64,000 nucleotides of DNA from positions 32,001 to 96,000 of the forward strand of contig CAZJVP010000051.1 in the NCBI GenBank assembly GCA_964549615.1, in the 5' to 3' direction. This DNA comes from an uncultured Thermococci archaeon (lineage in GTDB: Archaea > CAYQAE01 > CAYVLA01). Shown here in pieces: positions 48,817 through 59,251 of the stretch (its first letter is position 1; every line of letters starts with the position of its first letter). The notes beneath the pieces are model-generated. The model was not told the origin of the DNA. It made no database searches and was given only the letters and a program-made list of their open reading frames with translations. Made by a program: the position numbers and the translations under genes.

Positions 48817-51084
48817 ATGCCGAAGATCGATCTAACGGAGGCCACGATCGTCGTTGGTGAAAGGGCCGGGCCTGAATCCCCAGCTGCTCAGGTTCTGAGG
48901 GAGGAAGTCCAGAAGCGGACGGGCATCCTTTGGGAGGTCAGCTGCGATTGGCCCAGCAAAGGGAACGTGATCGCCTTGGTAACCGGGGGATTGGACGACC
49001 TCGCCGGTCGCTTGATACCCCGTCGACAGGGAAAGGATCTTCCCGAGCGGCGGCCGGAGGGCTACAGGCTGTGTGTACAACGGCTGTCCCCCCGACGCGA
49101 CGTCGTCTGGATCGCTGGGGCTGACGGGAGGGGGGTTCTCTTCGGCGTCGGTCACCTACTGAGGCTCCTCATGCTTTCCAGAGGATCGGCCGAACTCGGG
49201 GAGCGGGTGGACCTTTCAACGGCCCCGGCCTATCCCATCCGAGGGCATCAGCTCGGGTACCGCGACACTGCGAACTCCTACGACGCTTGGACGGTGGAAC
49301 AGTACGAGCAGTACATCAGGGAGCTGATCATCTTCGGGGCGAACTGCATCGAGAACATACCGTTTCAGGGCAAAACCAGCGTGCTCATGAAGCTGCCCCG
49401 CCGTGAGATGAACAGGAGGCTGAGCGAGCTGTGTGCCAAGTACGACATCGACTACTGGGTCTGGACCCCGGCCGAGTTCGACCTTTCAAACGAGGCCCTG
49501 CGGCAGCAAGCAATCGAGCAACACGAACAGCTCTATCGGGACTGTCCGCGTCTGGACGCGATCTTCTTTCCGGGAGGGGATCCAGGCGGAAACCACCCGA
49601 GGCTGGTCATGCCGTTCTTGGAGGAGCTCTCCAAGCGCCTTAAGGTCCACCACCCGAAGGCGGGGATCTGGATCTCGCTGCAGGGATTCAGCCGGGAATG
49701 GGTCGAGTACTTTTTTGGGTACGTGGAAGAGCGTAAGCCGGATTGGCTGGCCGGCGTCGTGGCGGGCCCGAGCAGCCCTCCCATCGATATGACCAGGGCG
49801 CGTCTACCAAGGAGGTACAGGCTTCGCAACTACCCGGACATCACCCACACCGTACGGTGCCAGTTCCCGGTTCAGGGCTACGACCAGGCCTTTGCCCTCA
49901 CCTTGGGACGGGAGCCCTGCAACCCGAGGCCTACCTTCTATGCCCGGATCCACAACTTCTACGCGCCCTACACGGACGGTTTCCTATCCTACTCAGATGG
50001 CGCGCACGACGATCTGAACAAGGTCGTCTGGACAAGGAAGGCCTGGGACCCGGAAGAGGATGTCGGGAAGATCGTCCTTGGATACTGCCGTTTCTTCTTC
50101 GGGGCGGACGTCGCGGATGACGCCGCGGCGGGCATCTTTGCCCTAGAGAAGAATTGGGAGGGTCCGCTTGCCGCGAACATGACTGTCGAGAAGACCCTTG
50201 ATCACTGGAAGGATCTGGAGAGGAGGGCTCCGCATCTGGCCGGGAACTGGCGATGGCAGCTGTTCTTGCTCCGGGCCTACTACGATGCCTATACGCGCAG
50301 AAGGCTGATCTACGAAAAGGGCCTGGAGAGGCAGGCGATGGCGATCCTCGTGGATATGGACAAGATCGGGATTGACGTTGCCATGGAAAGGGCCCTGGAG
50401 ACCGTCAAGCGAGCCGATACGGAGCCCATCTGCGAAGATCTCAGACAGCGCATCGAGGATCTGTGCGAATCCCTCTTTCAGTCCATAGGACTCCAGACCA
50501 GCGTCGCTCGATATCACGCAAGCGGCTCCGAGAGGGGATGCGTCCTTGACTTCCTCCGCTATCCCCTCAACAACCGTTGGTGGCTGGAGGATGAGTTCGC
50601 AAAGATCCGGCAGATGACAAGCGAGGAGGAGAAGCGTTCGCGGCTGGAGGTGATCAGGACCTGGGAGAACCCTGGGCCGGGCAGCTTCTACGACGACGTC
50701 GGCAACGTAGCCAACTCGCCCCACGTGGATCCGCTGTACAACCTCGGGATCGGGTTTGCATGGTGGGATCGCGGCTACAGCAGGACGAGGCTTTCATCCC
50801 AGACCTACATCAACCGGCCCAAGCTTCGGTACGAAAACCTGGATCCGAACGGCAACTACCTGATCCGCGTCGCCGGTTTCGGCGAGGCGCTCCTTGAGGT
50901 CAACGGCGAAAGGATCCAGCCCACCCTGTACAACAAGGGGGAGGGCCAGTTCAAGGAGTTCCCCGTCCCGAAGCGGCTCCTGAAGGATGGGGTGATCGAG
51001 GTCACGTTTGCCAAGCCGGACGAGGACCACTTGAACTGGCGGCACCGGTCACGCGTCTCGGATGTCTGGCTGCTCAGGACCTGA
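48817..51084 (+). CDS. Putative glycoside hydrolase with GH67/GH115/GH20-like N-terminal domain
   Basis: PEGYRL, IAGADGRGVLFGVGHLLR, PAYPIRGHQLGYR, FFPGGDPG. Confidence 0.6.
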   Translation: MPKIDLTEATIVVGERAGPESPAAQVLREEVQKRTGILWEVSCDWPSKGNVIALVTGGLDDLAGRLIPRRQGKDLPERRPEGYRLCVQRLSPRRDVVWIAGADGRGVLFGVGHLLRLLMLSRGSAELGERVDLSTAPAYPIRGHQLGYRDTANSYDAWTVEQYEQYIRELIIFGANCIENIPFQGKTSVLMKLPRREMNRRLSELCAKYDIDYWVWTPAEFDLSNEALRQQAIEQHEQLYRDCPRLDAIFFPGGDPGGNHPRLVMPFLEELSKRLKVHHPKAGIWISLQGFSREWVEYFFGYVEERKPDWLAGVVAGPSSPPIDMTRARLPRRYRLRNYPDITHTVRCQFPVQGYDQAFALTLGREPCNPRPTFYARIHNFYAPYTDGFLSYSDGAHDDLNKVVWTRKAWDPEEDVGKIVLGYCRFFFGADVADDAAAGIFALEKNWEGPLAANMTVEKTLDHWKDLERRAPHLAGNWRWQLFLLRAYYDAYTRRRLIYEKGLERQAMAILVDMDKIGIDVAMERALETVKRADTEPICEDLRQRIEDLCESLFQSIGLQTSVARYHASGSERGCVLDFLRYPLNNRWWLEDEFAKIRQMTSEEEKRSRLEVIRTWENPGPGSFYDDVGNVANSPHVDPLYNLGIGFAWWDRGYSRTRLSSQTYINRPKLRYENLDPNGNYLIRVAGFGEALLEVNGERIQPTLYNKGEGQFKEFPVPKRLLKDGVIEVTFAKPDEDHLNWRHRSRVSDVWLLRT

Positions 51085-51261
51085 CGCTCGGGACGCACTC
51101 CGCATAGCCGCACGGGTGGACAGCCTCTTTCTGGCCCGCAATAAGGATCTTCTTGATGATCTCGCTCTGGCCTAAACGGGCTGGGACCCCCTGGTGAGGC
51201 CTACCTGATGGTCCATCGTCGCGATCCTCCCGTAGCTGCCGCTGACGTGGACCGGATGCGG

Positions 51262-51860
51262 CTAGAGCTTGATCGGCTCCTCGTCTAACTTCGTGATGTT
51301 CGTGATCTTGCCTCCATCAATTCGTCTATCCTGTCCTTCATCTCGGCCAACGGACGAGCTGGCCCCCGTAGCGTGACTGCAGAACCTCAAGGCCGAACGG
51401 CCTCCTCTCCTCAAGCCAGAGGGCCGTGTGAGCCTTGAGCCACCTGTCATGCGCTGGATGACCCTCGGGATCTCCTCGAAGTCCTGCGGAGCCCCTTCAC
51501 GTCCTTCTTCACGTACGCCTCCCGTGCTGTGCTGGGGGAGATCGACCTTCGCCTCAAGGACCTCCGCCAATCACTTGGCATGGGCGAACGACACCCTATC
51601 TGAGGGCGAGGCTCCCTTCGCGGCCTGGGCCATGAGATCCGATAGGGCCTTGATGCGAGGTCCAAGATGGGTCCCGGCGTAGTGCTCGGCGAAGATGCCC
51701 AGGAGGCAATCATCCCAAGGCATGGTCTTGCTGATGCTGGCCTTGGCTTGGATGCTTTCCTTGTCCCGACCCCGATAGTGATCCGGCCGCCCGGGCAGGC
51801 GCTCGCCTCAGACTGCCAACCTGTTCATCCGATATCACAGGGCCCCTGCGAAACGGTAAA
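51262..51860 (-). pseudogene. Frameshifted remnant resembling the C-terminal domain of GH20 beta-N-acetylhexosaminidases
   Basis: Fragments in shifting frames (SKTMPWDDCLLGIF, LAEVLEAKVDL, AYVKKDVKGLR, GKITNITKLDEEP) with in-frame stops. Confidence 0.45.
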
Positions 51861-51872
51861 GAGGCCCTGCTC

Positions 51873-52718
51873 TTGAGAGGCCTACTTGGTGGTCTTCTGA
51901 GGCTCAGCAATCCTGGTGGCCTCAACCAACAGTGGAAGCATCCCGAAGAGTTGAGGGCCCCGGCCTTCCGGATGATCGGGAACGTCTACTACGTCGGCAA
52001 CCTCAACGTGAGCAGCCATGTCATCGTGGGCCAGGCCGGCCATGTGCTCATCGACACGGGTTTTTCGACTACCGTTCCGCTCCTGGTGCAAAGCATCAGG
52101 CACCTCGGTTTCAAAGAGCGGGATGTGAGGATGATCCTCATCACCCACGGCCACGTCGACCACGCCGGCGGGGCAAGGAGGATGGCCAGGATCACAGGAG
52201 CCCCCGTGGCGGTGCACAGGCGGGATGTCCGGACCGTCGAAACCGGGAGCGAGCTGACCTGCGCCCACTACATCTACGGCATCGAGGATTTCGAGACCTT
52301 CAAGGTTGACAGGGTTCTCGAGGGTGGGGAGACGCTGCATGTCGGGGACATCGTAATCAAGGTTCACCACACCCCTGGCCACACGCCCGGCGTCTGCAGC
52401 TACGAGATCCCCCTGCATCATGAGGGCAGGAAACTCACGGCCTTCATCTTCGGGGGCCCGGGCCAGTGGACCTTCAAGCAGGAGAACAGGAGCCAGGGCT
52501 ACGAGGGTGATGTTGAGGAATACTCAAGGTCCCTGGACCACTTGGAGCGGATCAAGGTCGACATACCCTTGGGGGCCCACCCCAACCAGACCCGTACCTT
52601 CCAGAAGTACGAGATCCTCAAGTCCAACCCCGCCGGACCGAACCCGTTCGTCGACCCTGACCACTGGCCTGCCTTCATAGGCAAGCTGCGGGCCAGCCTG
52701 GCTTCCTTGAGGGGCTAG
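51873..52718 (+). CDS. Subclass B3-like metallo-beta-lactamase fold hydrolase
   Basis: PAFRMIGNVYYVG, LIDTG, THGHVDHAGG, HTPGHTPG, C-terminal GAH. Confidence 0.85.
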   Translation: MRGLLGGLLRLSNPGGLNQQWKHPEELRAPAFRMIGNVYYVGNLNVSSHVIVGQAGHVLIDTGFSTTVPLLVQSIRHLGFKERDVRMILITHGHVDHAGGARRMARITGAPVAVHRRDVRTVETGSELTCAHYIYGIEDFETFKVDRVLEGGETLHVGDIVIKVHHTPGHTPGVCSYEIPLHHEGRKLTAFIFGGPGQWTFKQENRSQGYEGDVEEYSRSLDHLERIKVDIPLGAHPNQTRTFQKYEILKSNPAGPNPFVDPDHWPAFIGKLRASLASLRG

Positions 52719-53065
52719 CGGCCGATCAGGCTGCAAGTTAGCGGCCATGTGTGGACGAGGCGAAACCGAGGACTTGCCGACGGTCGACCAACGCCTTGGT
52801 AGAGTGTCCTCGTTACCGAGAGACCGGAGCAAGAGCTAGGTGGATGCTGTTGGGTTGCCCTTGTTGATGGTCAGATACGGAGGCTTTTGATGGCAGTCAG
52901 GCATGCGGCCGTGTGTTGGGCGGTTTGTCTGATGGACCCTCGGCCGCCGGGAAATTGCCGGACGAGGGTTCGGAGACCTCACCTGACGAAATCTCTTTAT
53001 TGGGCGGGGAAGTCGGGACGCAAACGTTGTAGCGGTCTTTCACCTGGGAGCTGGCAGGAACTCCA

Positions 53066-55948
53066 ATGCGTCGCGTACTCGAATTCCCCCCGAAGTTTAG
53101 AATGTTGCGGCCAAGCGGAACGCTCATAATCACGAGCGATGAGGAAATGGAGAAGCTGGAGAAGGATCCCGGGATGAAGGTCCGGGCATTCGACTCCAGT
53201 TTCACTGACATCTGCCGCAACCTCCCCGGCAAGGGAGGCGCCCATGTCGATGTCGCGTACGACTTCTTCTTCGGGGGAAAAGAGCGGAAGTACTTCCCAA
53301 CCAGCGACCAATGCATCCAAACCTTCCGCGCGCTCCACGACATAGCAAAGCAGCACGGCCTGGGCTTCGGCGCCAGCGTAATGTCGCCCTTGGACCTGGG
53401 TCCTGCCTATTCGAGCCTTAAGGACCACTGCGGACAGACATGCCAGTTCCGGGAGGGAATGATAGACTCCGAGGGTCGATACGAAGTCAAGCTGCCCATC
53501 CAGCGTCGATGGTTCCACAACAAGGGCCCCGTCAACCTGACGGTGAACCACGTGGAGGCCTTCGCCTTCAGCGAGACACGGATCCGCGGCACGTCGTGCT
53601 GGCACGTGGATCCGGCCGAGATCCTGGACATCTCCTCCACCGCTAGGCTTGTGGTGGATGAGTCGACGCGGAAAACCAGCGGCTCGGGCTACAGCTTCGT
53701 TCAGGGCTGCATCGTGGGCAAGGCTGACGGATTGGGCAAACGAGACAGGGTCCTGGCTGTCATCGTCTACGATGTCGAAGAGATGGATTACTTCCACGCG
53801 GATGCATTGCCGTTCCTCAAGCAGGTGATTGAGGATCACGCCCGGGCAGGCATAAGCTACTCCAGCTTCTACTCTGACGAGATGCACATACAGTTCGACT
53901 GGGACCTCGGCGCCCACTTCGGCCCGACCGAGATCACCACGAGGTATCTAACCCCGGGGCTTGTCCGGGCCTACTGCAAGCGATATGGATCGGGGTACCG
54001 GGACTTCCACAAGTACTTGGTCTACTTCGCCTATGCGCAGCATTCCTGGGACGGCCCGGACTACTGGAGGCGGGGCGACCAGCACGTCCTGGGCCCGAGC
54101 CCCAATGGGATCTACCAGACCTGGAAGATGCGAAGGGACTACTTCCGTCTGCTGCAGGACCATGTCGTGGAGCTCTTTGTCCAGGCCAAGAGGTATGCCG
54201 AGAAGCTCTTCGGACATCGGATACTCACCCGGGCCCACGCGACCTGGCAGGAATCTCCCACCTGTGACCAGTTCGACCTTGGCGTCGGCTTCGGGGGCAA
54301 GTGTGGCACCGAGAAGATGGAGGTTCCCGTCTCGCGGTACGACTACACCCCTCGTTACGTCTGGTCCTCAAGCATCAGGGAGAGCCAGAGCGCCTGCTAT
54401 GACTACTTCCGCTGGGGAGACTACCTGACCGGCATGGGCACCGACCATCCGGAGGGCGGCTACATCGACCGCAACTACCACGGTGCGGCCCTGGCATGCT
54501 CTTTCGGGCACTACAACGAGCTTGACTACGGGTATTACGGCCACTGGGGCGCGCCCCGGGCGGTCTCCGATCGCGTGCACGACCTTGCCGCCGCGATGGG
54601 GCTCGGAGGAGGGGCAATGGCCCACGTCCAGGGCTGGCGACATCGCAGGTCGCCAGTCCTGTGTCTTTACCCCCTCGACCTCAACTACGTCGAGGAGCGG
54701 TTCGGCAGTTGGACGATACAGTACGGGTACGCGGACTACCTCACCGAGGAGAAGTTCGTCGAGCTTGTGCATGTCCTGCCCAACGGGCGCTTCCGCCTCA
54801 AGGACCTCACCTACGAGGCACTTGTCGTGCTCTTCGAGCCCCTGGTCCTTCGCAGGACCCTCGACGTCATCGAGAAGATCGTCAGGCAGGGAGGTACCGT
54901 TGTCTGGTGTAGCGTCCCCCCAGCCGTCTGCCTGGACGCCAGAGGCGATGTCAGGGCCCGGTTCCTCCGCATCTTTGGTCTGAGATCGGCCCGCAGGCCC
55001 CATCTGGGCATGAAGGCGAAGGACGCCATCGTGAGGTTCGAAGGTGCGCTCGGGGAGGTCCCAAGCCTCCGGATCCCGACCGACCTTCTTCCGGACCTCG
55101 TGTTTCCCGTGATTCCCCGCGGGTCGCAGCCCGTTGCCCGGGTGATGCTCGAAGGGAGGCGGAGGGTCGTCGGCGCGCTGCGCGTAACGCGGTCCGGGGG
55201 GAGAGCGCTCTACCTAGGCTTTCGCCCCAGGGACGACCAGTCTCGATCAACGCCAGACGCCCCAAGGACGCTTTTCCATATCCTTTCCAGTCTGGGGATC
55301 TACTCCGCCTGCGGCCCCGGAGCCGCGGAGTACGCCTCAAACACGAGCGACTACCTCGTCGCCGAGTCCCCAAACGGGGCGCTGTCCTTCGCCCGGCACT
55401 ACTGGAGCGTGGCCGAGAACTGGGCCGGCGGCTTCTTCAGGCCCAAGGATGAGTCATGCGATGAGTCTGCCCTGCCGCCGAGGCGGCTGGAACTAAGGGA
55501 CTTCAGGGTCGGGAAACGGGTCATAAACTACGCGGGCCTGTACAGGATGTCGTTCCTCGAGAAGGAGGGGAATCTGGAGGCCTTCTGCGGATTCGGCACC
55601 AAGGGCATCTCCATCGACGGTCCATCGGGTAGATCCTGGTTCGCATTCGCGGACGAACCGGTAGACCTTGCCTTCGCCCCCGTTCCCCGTGAGCGGCTGG
55701 CCAACGGCATCGAGAAGGCTTACTTCCTCCAGGCCAGGTCAGGGCAGCAAGCCGTCCGCCTGCCCATCCCTTTCGACCCTCGTCTTAGGCTATTGGTGGA
55801 CGAGAGGGAAGACGGATGCGGGTCCGAGGCCAGATCAAAGATAGCCCCTGCCGAGCAGGGGATGCTGGTAACGATCGTTCCTGAGGAGCAGGGGCGAAGC
55901 CTTTACCTCATCGTCGAGCATGCCGAGACGGAACCCTCGAGCCTCTGA
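53066..55948 (+). CDS. Large (960 aa) hypothetical protein, putative glycoside hydrolase
   Basis: Long ORF with typical codon bias; FYSDEMH, TDHPE, and a GATase-like middle region (YEALVVLFEP). Confidence 0.6.
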   Translation: MRRVLEFPPKFRMLRPSGTLIITSDEEMEKLEKDPGMKVRAFDSSFTDICRNLPGKGGAHVDVAYDFFFGGKERKYFPTSDQCIQTFRALHDIAKQHGLGFGASVMSPLDLGPAYSSLKDHCGQTCQFREGMIDSEGRYEVKLPIQRRWFHNKGPVNLTVNHVEAFAFSETRIRGTSCWHVDPAEILDISSTARLVVDESTRKTSGSGYSFVQGCIVGKADGLGKRDRVLAVIVYDVEEMDYFHADALPFLKQVIEDHARAGISYSSFYSDEMHIQFDWDLGAHFGPTEITTRYLTPGLVRAYCKRYGSGYRDFHKYLVYFAYAQHSWDGPDYWRRGDQHVLGPSPNGIYQTWKMRRDYFRLLQDHVVELFVQAKRYAEKLFGHRILTRAHATWQESPTCDQFDLGVGFGGKCGTEKMEVPVSRYDYTPRYVWSSSIRESQSACYDYFRWGDYLTGMGTDHPEGGYIDRNYHGAALACSFGHYNELDYGYYGHWGAPRAVSDRVHDLAAAMGLGGGAMAHVQGWRHRRSPVLCLYPLDLNYVEERFGSWTIQYGYADYLTEEKFVELVHVLPNGRFRLKDLTYEALVVLFEPLVLRRTLDVIEKIVRQGGTVVWCSVPPAVCLDARGDVRARFLRIFGLRSARRPHLGMKAKDAIVRFEGALGEVPSLRIPTDLLPDLVFPVIPRGSQPVARVMLEGRRRVVGALRVTRSGGRALYLGFRPRDDQSRSTPDAPRTLFHILSSLGIYSACGPGAAEYASNTSDYLVAESPNGALSFARHYWSVAENWAGGFFRPKDESCDESALPPRRLELRDFRVGKRVINYAGLYRMSFLEKEGNLEAFCGFGTKGISIDGPSGRSWFAFADEPVDLAFAPVPRERLANGIEKAYFLQARSGQQAVRLPIPFDPRLRLLVDEREDGCGSEARSKIAPAEQGMLVTIVPEEQGRSLYLIVEHAETEPSSL

Positions 55949-56184
55949 CGGTAGGCCGCGTCGCTTAAGCCCGGTCGCGGGTGCCGCCCTTTCAAAGCAT
56001 CGGAAAGGCTAGGCGGGCCCGGGACGCCGGAAAGCGCCTCCCTAGTCGTTGAGGTTCGATCCCGGTCCCTCCCTGCATCACGTCGGTCCATGGCTGCACT
56101 CTCTGTGTGAAGGCGCGCGCCATCCCTGCTTTGCGTACGAAACATCTATCACTGTCTGGCGGCAGGCCCGACGGGGGCAAACGA

Positions 56185-57108
56185 GTGGGCACCGAGGAAG
56201 GCGCGGTGGCTGCCCAAAGGGAGGAGATAGTCAGCCTTCTGAAGCGCTTCCAGAGGACCCCTCCTGGAAGCGAGGACCATATCGTTCTACACGAGGAAAT
56301 CCTGGAGAAGGCCAAGCGCCTAGGTAGAGAGGAGAAAAAGCAGCTCCAGTCGGAGCTCGAGAGAGTCCGGACCCAGATGGTCGTATCGCGTCCCACCTAC
56401 CTCCGCCCGGACTACTACAGACTGGTCACGATACTGCTCCACCGCCTGAGGCGACGGAGCTACGCCGACATAGAGCGGGAGATCGAGGACACACTGTCCG
56501 AGGTGGAGAAGGGCATCCGGGCCAACCACTTTCCCAGGTACCCGTCCTCCTATGTTAGGAGCATCAGGACGCTGCTCGTGGAGGCTGCGCGCTCCGAGGA
56601 GGCAGATCGCGCTCGCCTTTCCCGACTGGCGCGGAGATGCCATGAGGTGACGGAGGCGGTGTACTCCTACGAGTACGACAACGTCGAGGTGGAAGTCACC
56701 TCGACGAGGATCAAGGTATCGAGCCTGTTCACCCTTGGGGAGAGCCAGCGGAGCTACGTCCTGGAGTTCATATCGCCCGAGCTGGAGTACGGAGGAAGGA
56801 CATTTCTGAAACGGGAGGTCCTGGCCTATATGGCGAGGGTCGGCAGGCCTCTGTCCAGGGGCGAAATCGAGCGAGGAATAGACAGGAAGATCCCCTACTT
56901 CGGCCACATCATAGAGAGCCTGCTCAAGAAGTACATGGTGGTCCCCGTCCCGGGAGAGAACAGATATGAGCTGACCGGCACGGGGAGGAAGGTGGGTGAG
57001 GTCTACATCCACCTCCTTGAGCGGATGAGTGCCCGGCTCAAGCGCCCCGGCTCGGCCAAGCGCTTGGCCCGCGGCAGTTCCACGTCCATCCCACAGATCG
57101 CAGAGTGA
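56185..57108 (+). CDS. Hypothetical helical protein with C-terminal winged-helix domain
   Basis: Charged helical N-terminus; REVLAYM..PLSRGEI..YELTGTGRKV wing motif. Confidence 0.55.
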   Translation: MGTEEGAVAAQREEIVSLLKRFQRTPPGSEDHIVLHEEILEKAKRLGREEKKQLQSELERVRTQMVVSRPTYLRPDYYRLVTILLHRLRRRSYADIEREIEDTLSEVEKGIRANHFPRYPSSYVRSIRTLLVEAARSEEADRARLSRLARRCHEVTEAVYSYEYDNVEVEVTSTRIKVSSLFTLGESQRSYVLEFISPELEYGGRTFLKREVLAYMARVGRPLSRGEIERGIDRKIPYFGHIIESLLKKYMVVPVPGENRYELTGTGRKVGEVYIHLLERMSARLKRPGSAKRLARGSSTSIPQIAE

Positions 57109-57160
57109 ATCCTGTCTAGACGCTTCCACGAGCCGACCAGACGACCTCGGCGGCGCCGGT

Positions 57161-57898
57161 CTACCTGTAGAGCACCTGGCACTTGGGACAGAAGTAACTG
57201 ACCCTGTTCCTTTCTCCCGTGTTCTTGGTGATGACCCTGTCCCCAGAGGCCGGGCATCTCGGCTTTCGATAAATCCCGAAGATACCCCCGAAGCCCTTTC
57301 CCGCTTTCTCAACCTCGTATAGCCTTAGGGCGAATTCCCTGGTCCTCTGGGCGAGGTCCGAAAGCCCGTCGCGGGGAATGGCGGCCACGACGCTCATTGG
57401 ATGGATTCGGGCGTCGAAGAGGGCCTCGTTCTTGATCATGTTCCCCACGCCAGCGTAGATCTCCTGGTCCATGAGCACGTCGCATATCAGCTCGTCCGGC
57501 TTCTGGAGCGTCAGAGCAATGACCTTGTCCTTCTTCCAGCTCGGCCCGGTCACATCGATCTCGGGGTCGAAGGCCGGCCCAGTCAGCCCACCATCGATGA
57601 TCCGCACGGAGCAGTTGTAAAACCGCAATTTCCCGTCTTCAAGGTCAAGGCCCAGCCTCGGGGTCACCCCGGGCCTTTCCTCGTCGACGCGCCAGCTGCC
57701 GTACATCATGAAGTGAATCCTCACGTGGAAGTCGGGAAAGGCTATGATGAGCTGTTTTCCTCTGCTGAATATCTCCCGGATCACGAGGGAGTTCATCCGT
57801 GGGGCCTGGATCCTAGCACTGCCGAAGCTCTTGACGACCCTCTTGCCCTGGAATGCAGAAAGCCGCTCTGAGACGATTCTGACCATGGGTCCTTCCAC
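57161..57898 (-). CDS. Fpg/Nei (endonuclease VIII-like) DNA glycosylase
   Basis: (M)EGP, GKQL, IHFMMYGS, LMDQEIYAGVGNMIKNE (H2TH), C-terminal RVSYFCPKCQ zinc finger. Confidence 0.9.
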   Translation of the reverse strand: MEGPMVRIVSERLSAFQGKRVVKSFGSARIQAPRMNSLVIREIFSRGKQLIIAFPDFHVRIHFMMYGSWRVDEERPGVTPRLGLDLEDGKLRFYNCSVRIIDGGLTGPAFDPEIDVTGPSWKKDKVIALTLQKPDELICDVLMDQEIYAGVGNMIKNEALFDARIHPMSVVAAIPRDGLSDLAQRTREFALRLYEVEKAGKGFGGIFGIYRKPRCPASGDRVITKNTGERNRVSYFCPKCQVLYR

Positions 57899-58032
57899 GG
57901 CGGCTCTCTCGCCGCCAGGTTGAAATCTGCCCCCTCGCAGCCGGGGACACGCCAAGGCGGAGGCGGGTGCCATCCTGAAACAAGCACCCGCGGGATGAGG
58001 CAACGTATATACTGGTCCTCCGATGATCGGAC

Positions 58033-58464
58033 ATGGCAGGATGTCCATTCTGCGAGATAAGCTCTGGGGAGGCCCCGGCGAGCATCGTCTACCGGGACGC
58101 GAAGGTGATGGCCTTCATGGATCTGCGCCCGGCCAATCCGGGTCACGTCTTGGTCATCCCAAGGGAACACTGGGAAACCATACATGAGGTCCCCGATTCT
58201 ATCTTGGTCGACGTCTTCAGGATTGTGAAGCGCGTGGCTGGTGCGGTCAGGGAGGCAGTCAACGCCGAGGGCATCAACGTCATACAGAGCAACGGCAGAG
58301 CAGCGTACCAGATGGTGGACCATTTTCATGTGCACGTCATACCGAGATTCCAAGGGGACGCTATCTCCAAGACGGTCCAGGCTGTGCTGGCGCCACTGGA
58401 GTTTGAAACGGCGCAGAGGGAGGACCTGGACGAGGTGGCAGACCTCATCAGAAAGTCTCTCTGA
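58033..58464 (+). CDS. HIT family nucleotide hydrolase (copy 1)
   Basis: CPFC, GHVLVIP, HFHVH triad. Confidence 0.93.
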   Translation: MAGCPFCEISSGEAPASIVYRDAKVMAFMDLRPANPGHVLVIPREHWETIHEVPDSILVDVFRIVKRVAGAVREAVNAEGINVIQSNGRAAYQMVDHFHVHVIPRFQGDAISKTVQAVLAPLEFETAQREDLDEVADLIRKSL

Positions 58465-58652
58465 GCGGCAACGTGGGTGAATCACATCGGCATTGCGGTC
58501 CCGGGGCCGCTCCCCCTAACCAAGGGTGGATGATCGTGCTCCATCGGAGACTACTGGACCACAACAGATTTCAGAGGAGGCGCCAGGAGGCAGTCTACTG
58601 GGGATGAGATGGGGCTGCTGGGTAGAGAGGTTGGCCTGGCCTTGATCACCCA

Positions 58653-58901
58653 GTGCTTTTTTTCGGACTGTACGGCGTGGCATCCCCTTCCATACCGTTC
58701 GGCCTCCTCTGGATCGGGCTGATCGCAGGCTTCGTTTATGCAGCGGTTCAGGGCCGCAGGAAGAGGTTCACCTTCCTGACCCGGGCCACATCCTCTCCCA
58801 TCTCCCTTGTTCTTACCGGCTACTTCATTTCTGCCCCAAACCCAAACTGCAGCCGTGTGGTCTTTCCTCGGCGTGCAGAACAACACCGCTATCGCCGGTA
58901 A
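58653..58901 (+). CDS. Small hydrophobic ORF, possibly a membrane-protein fragment
   Basis: Two hydrophobic stretches and no clear start. Confidence 0.3.
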   Translation: MLFFGLYGVASPSIPFGLLWIGLIAGFVYAAVQGRRKRFTFLTRATSSPISLVLTGYFISAPNPNCSRVVFPRRAEQHRYRR

Positions 58902-59251
58902 AGAATGCCAAAGGGGATGGGACAGTTCGCCACAAAAACTCTGGCAAGAATCGCCCCCCATAATGACGATATCAGGGCAGCAGCAGCGATCTTCATCCTG
59001 ACGCAGCCAATGAACCATGGCACTCGGGGAGCTGCGGTTCGCAGCCATTGCAAATTTATGGGTTTCGCCTAGACGCGCAGCCTGCCTGCAGGAAGTCGTC
59101 AATCGCCATCACCGCCTAGGTGATTGCCTGCAATCGCATTCCAGAGGTGGCTCATCCCACTCTCACGAAGGGCAAGTTGTTCGAAGCTTGGGTTTCCATC
59201 CGCAAGGCGGCTTGATGGTCTTGCAGGGGGGAGCCGGTCTCAACCAGCACC

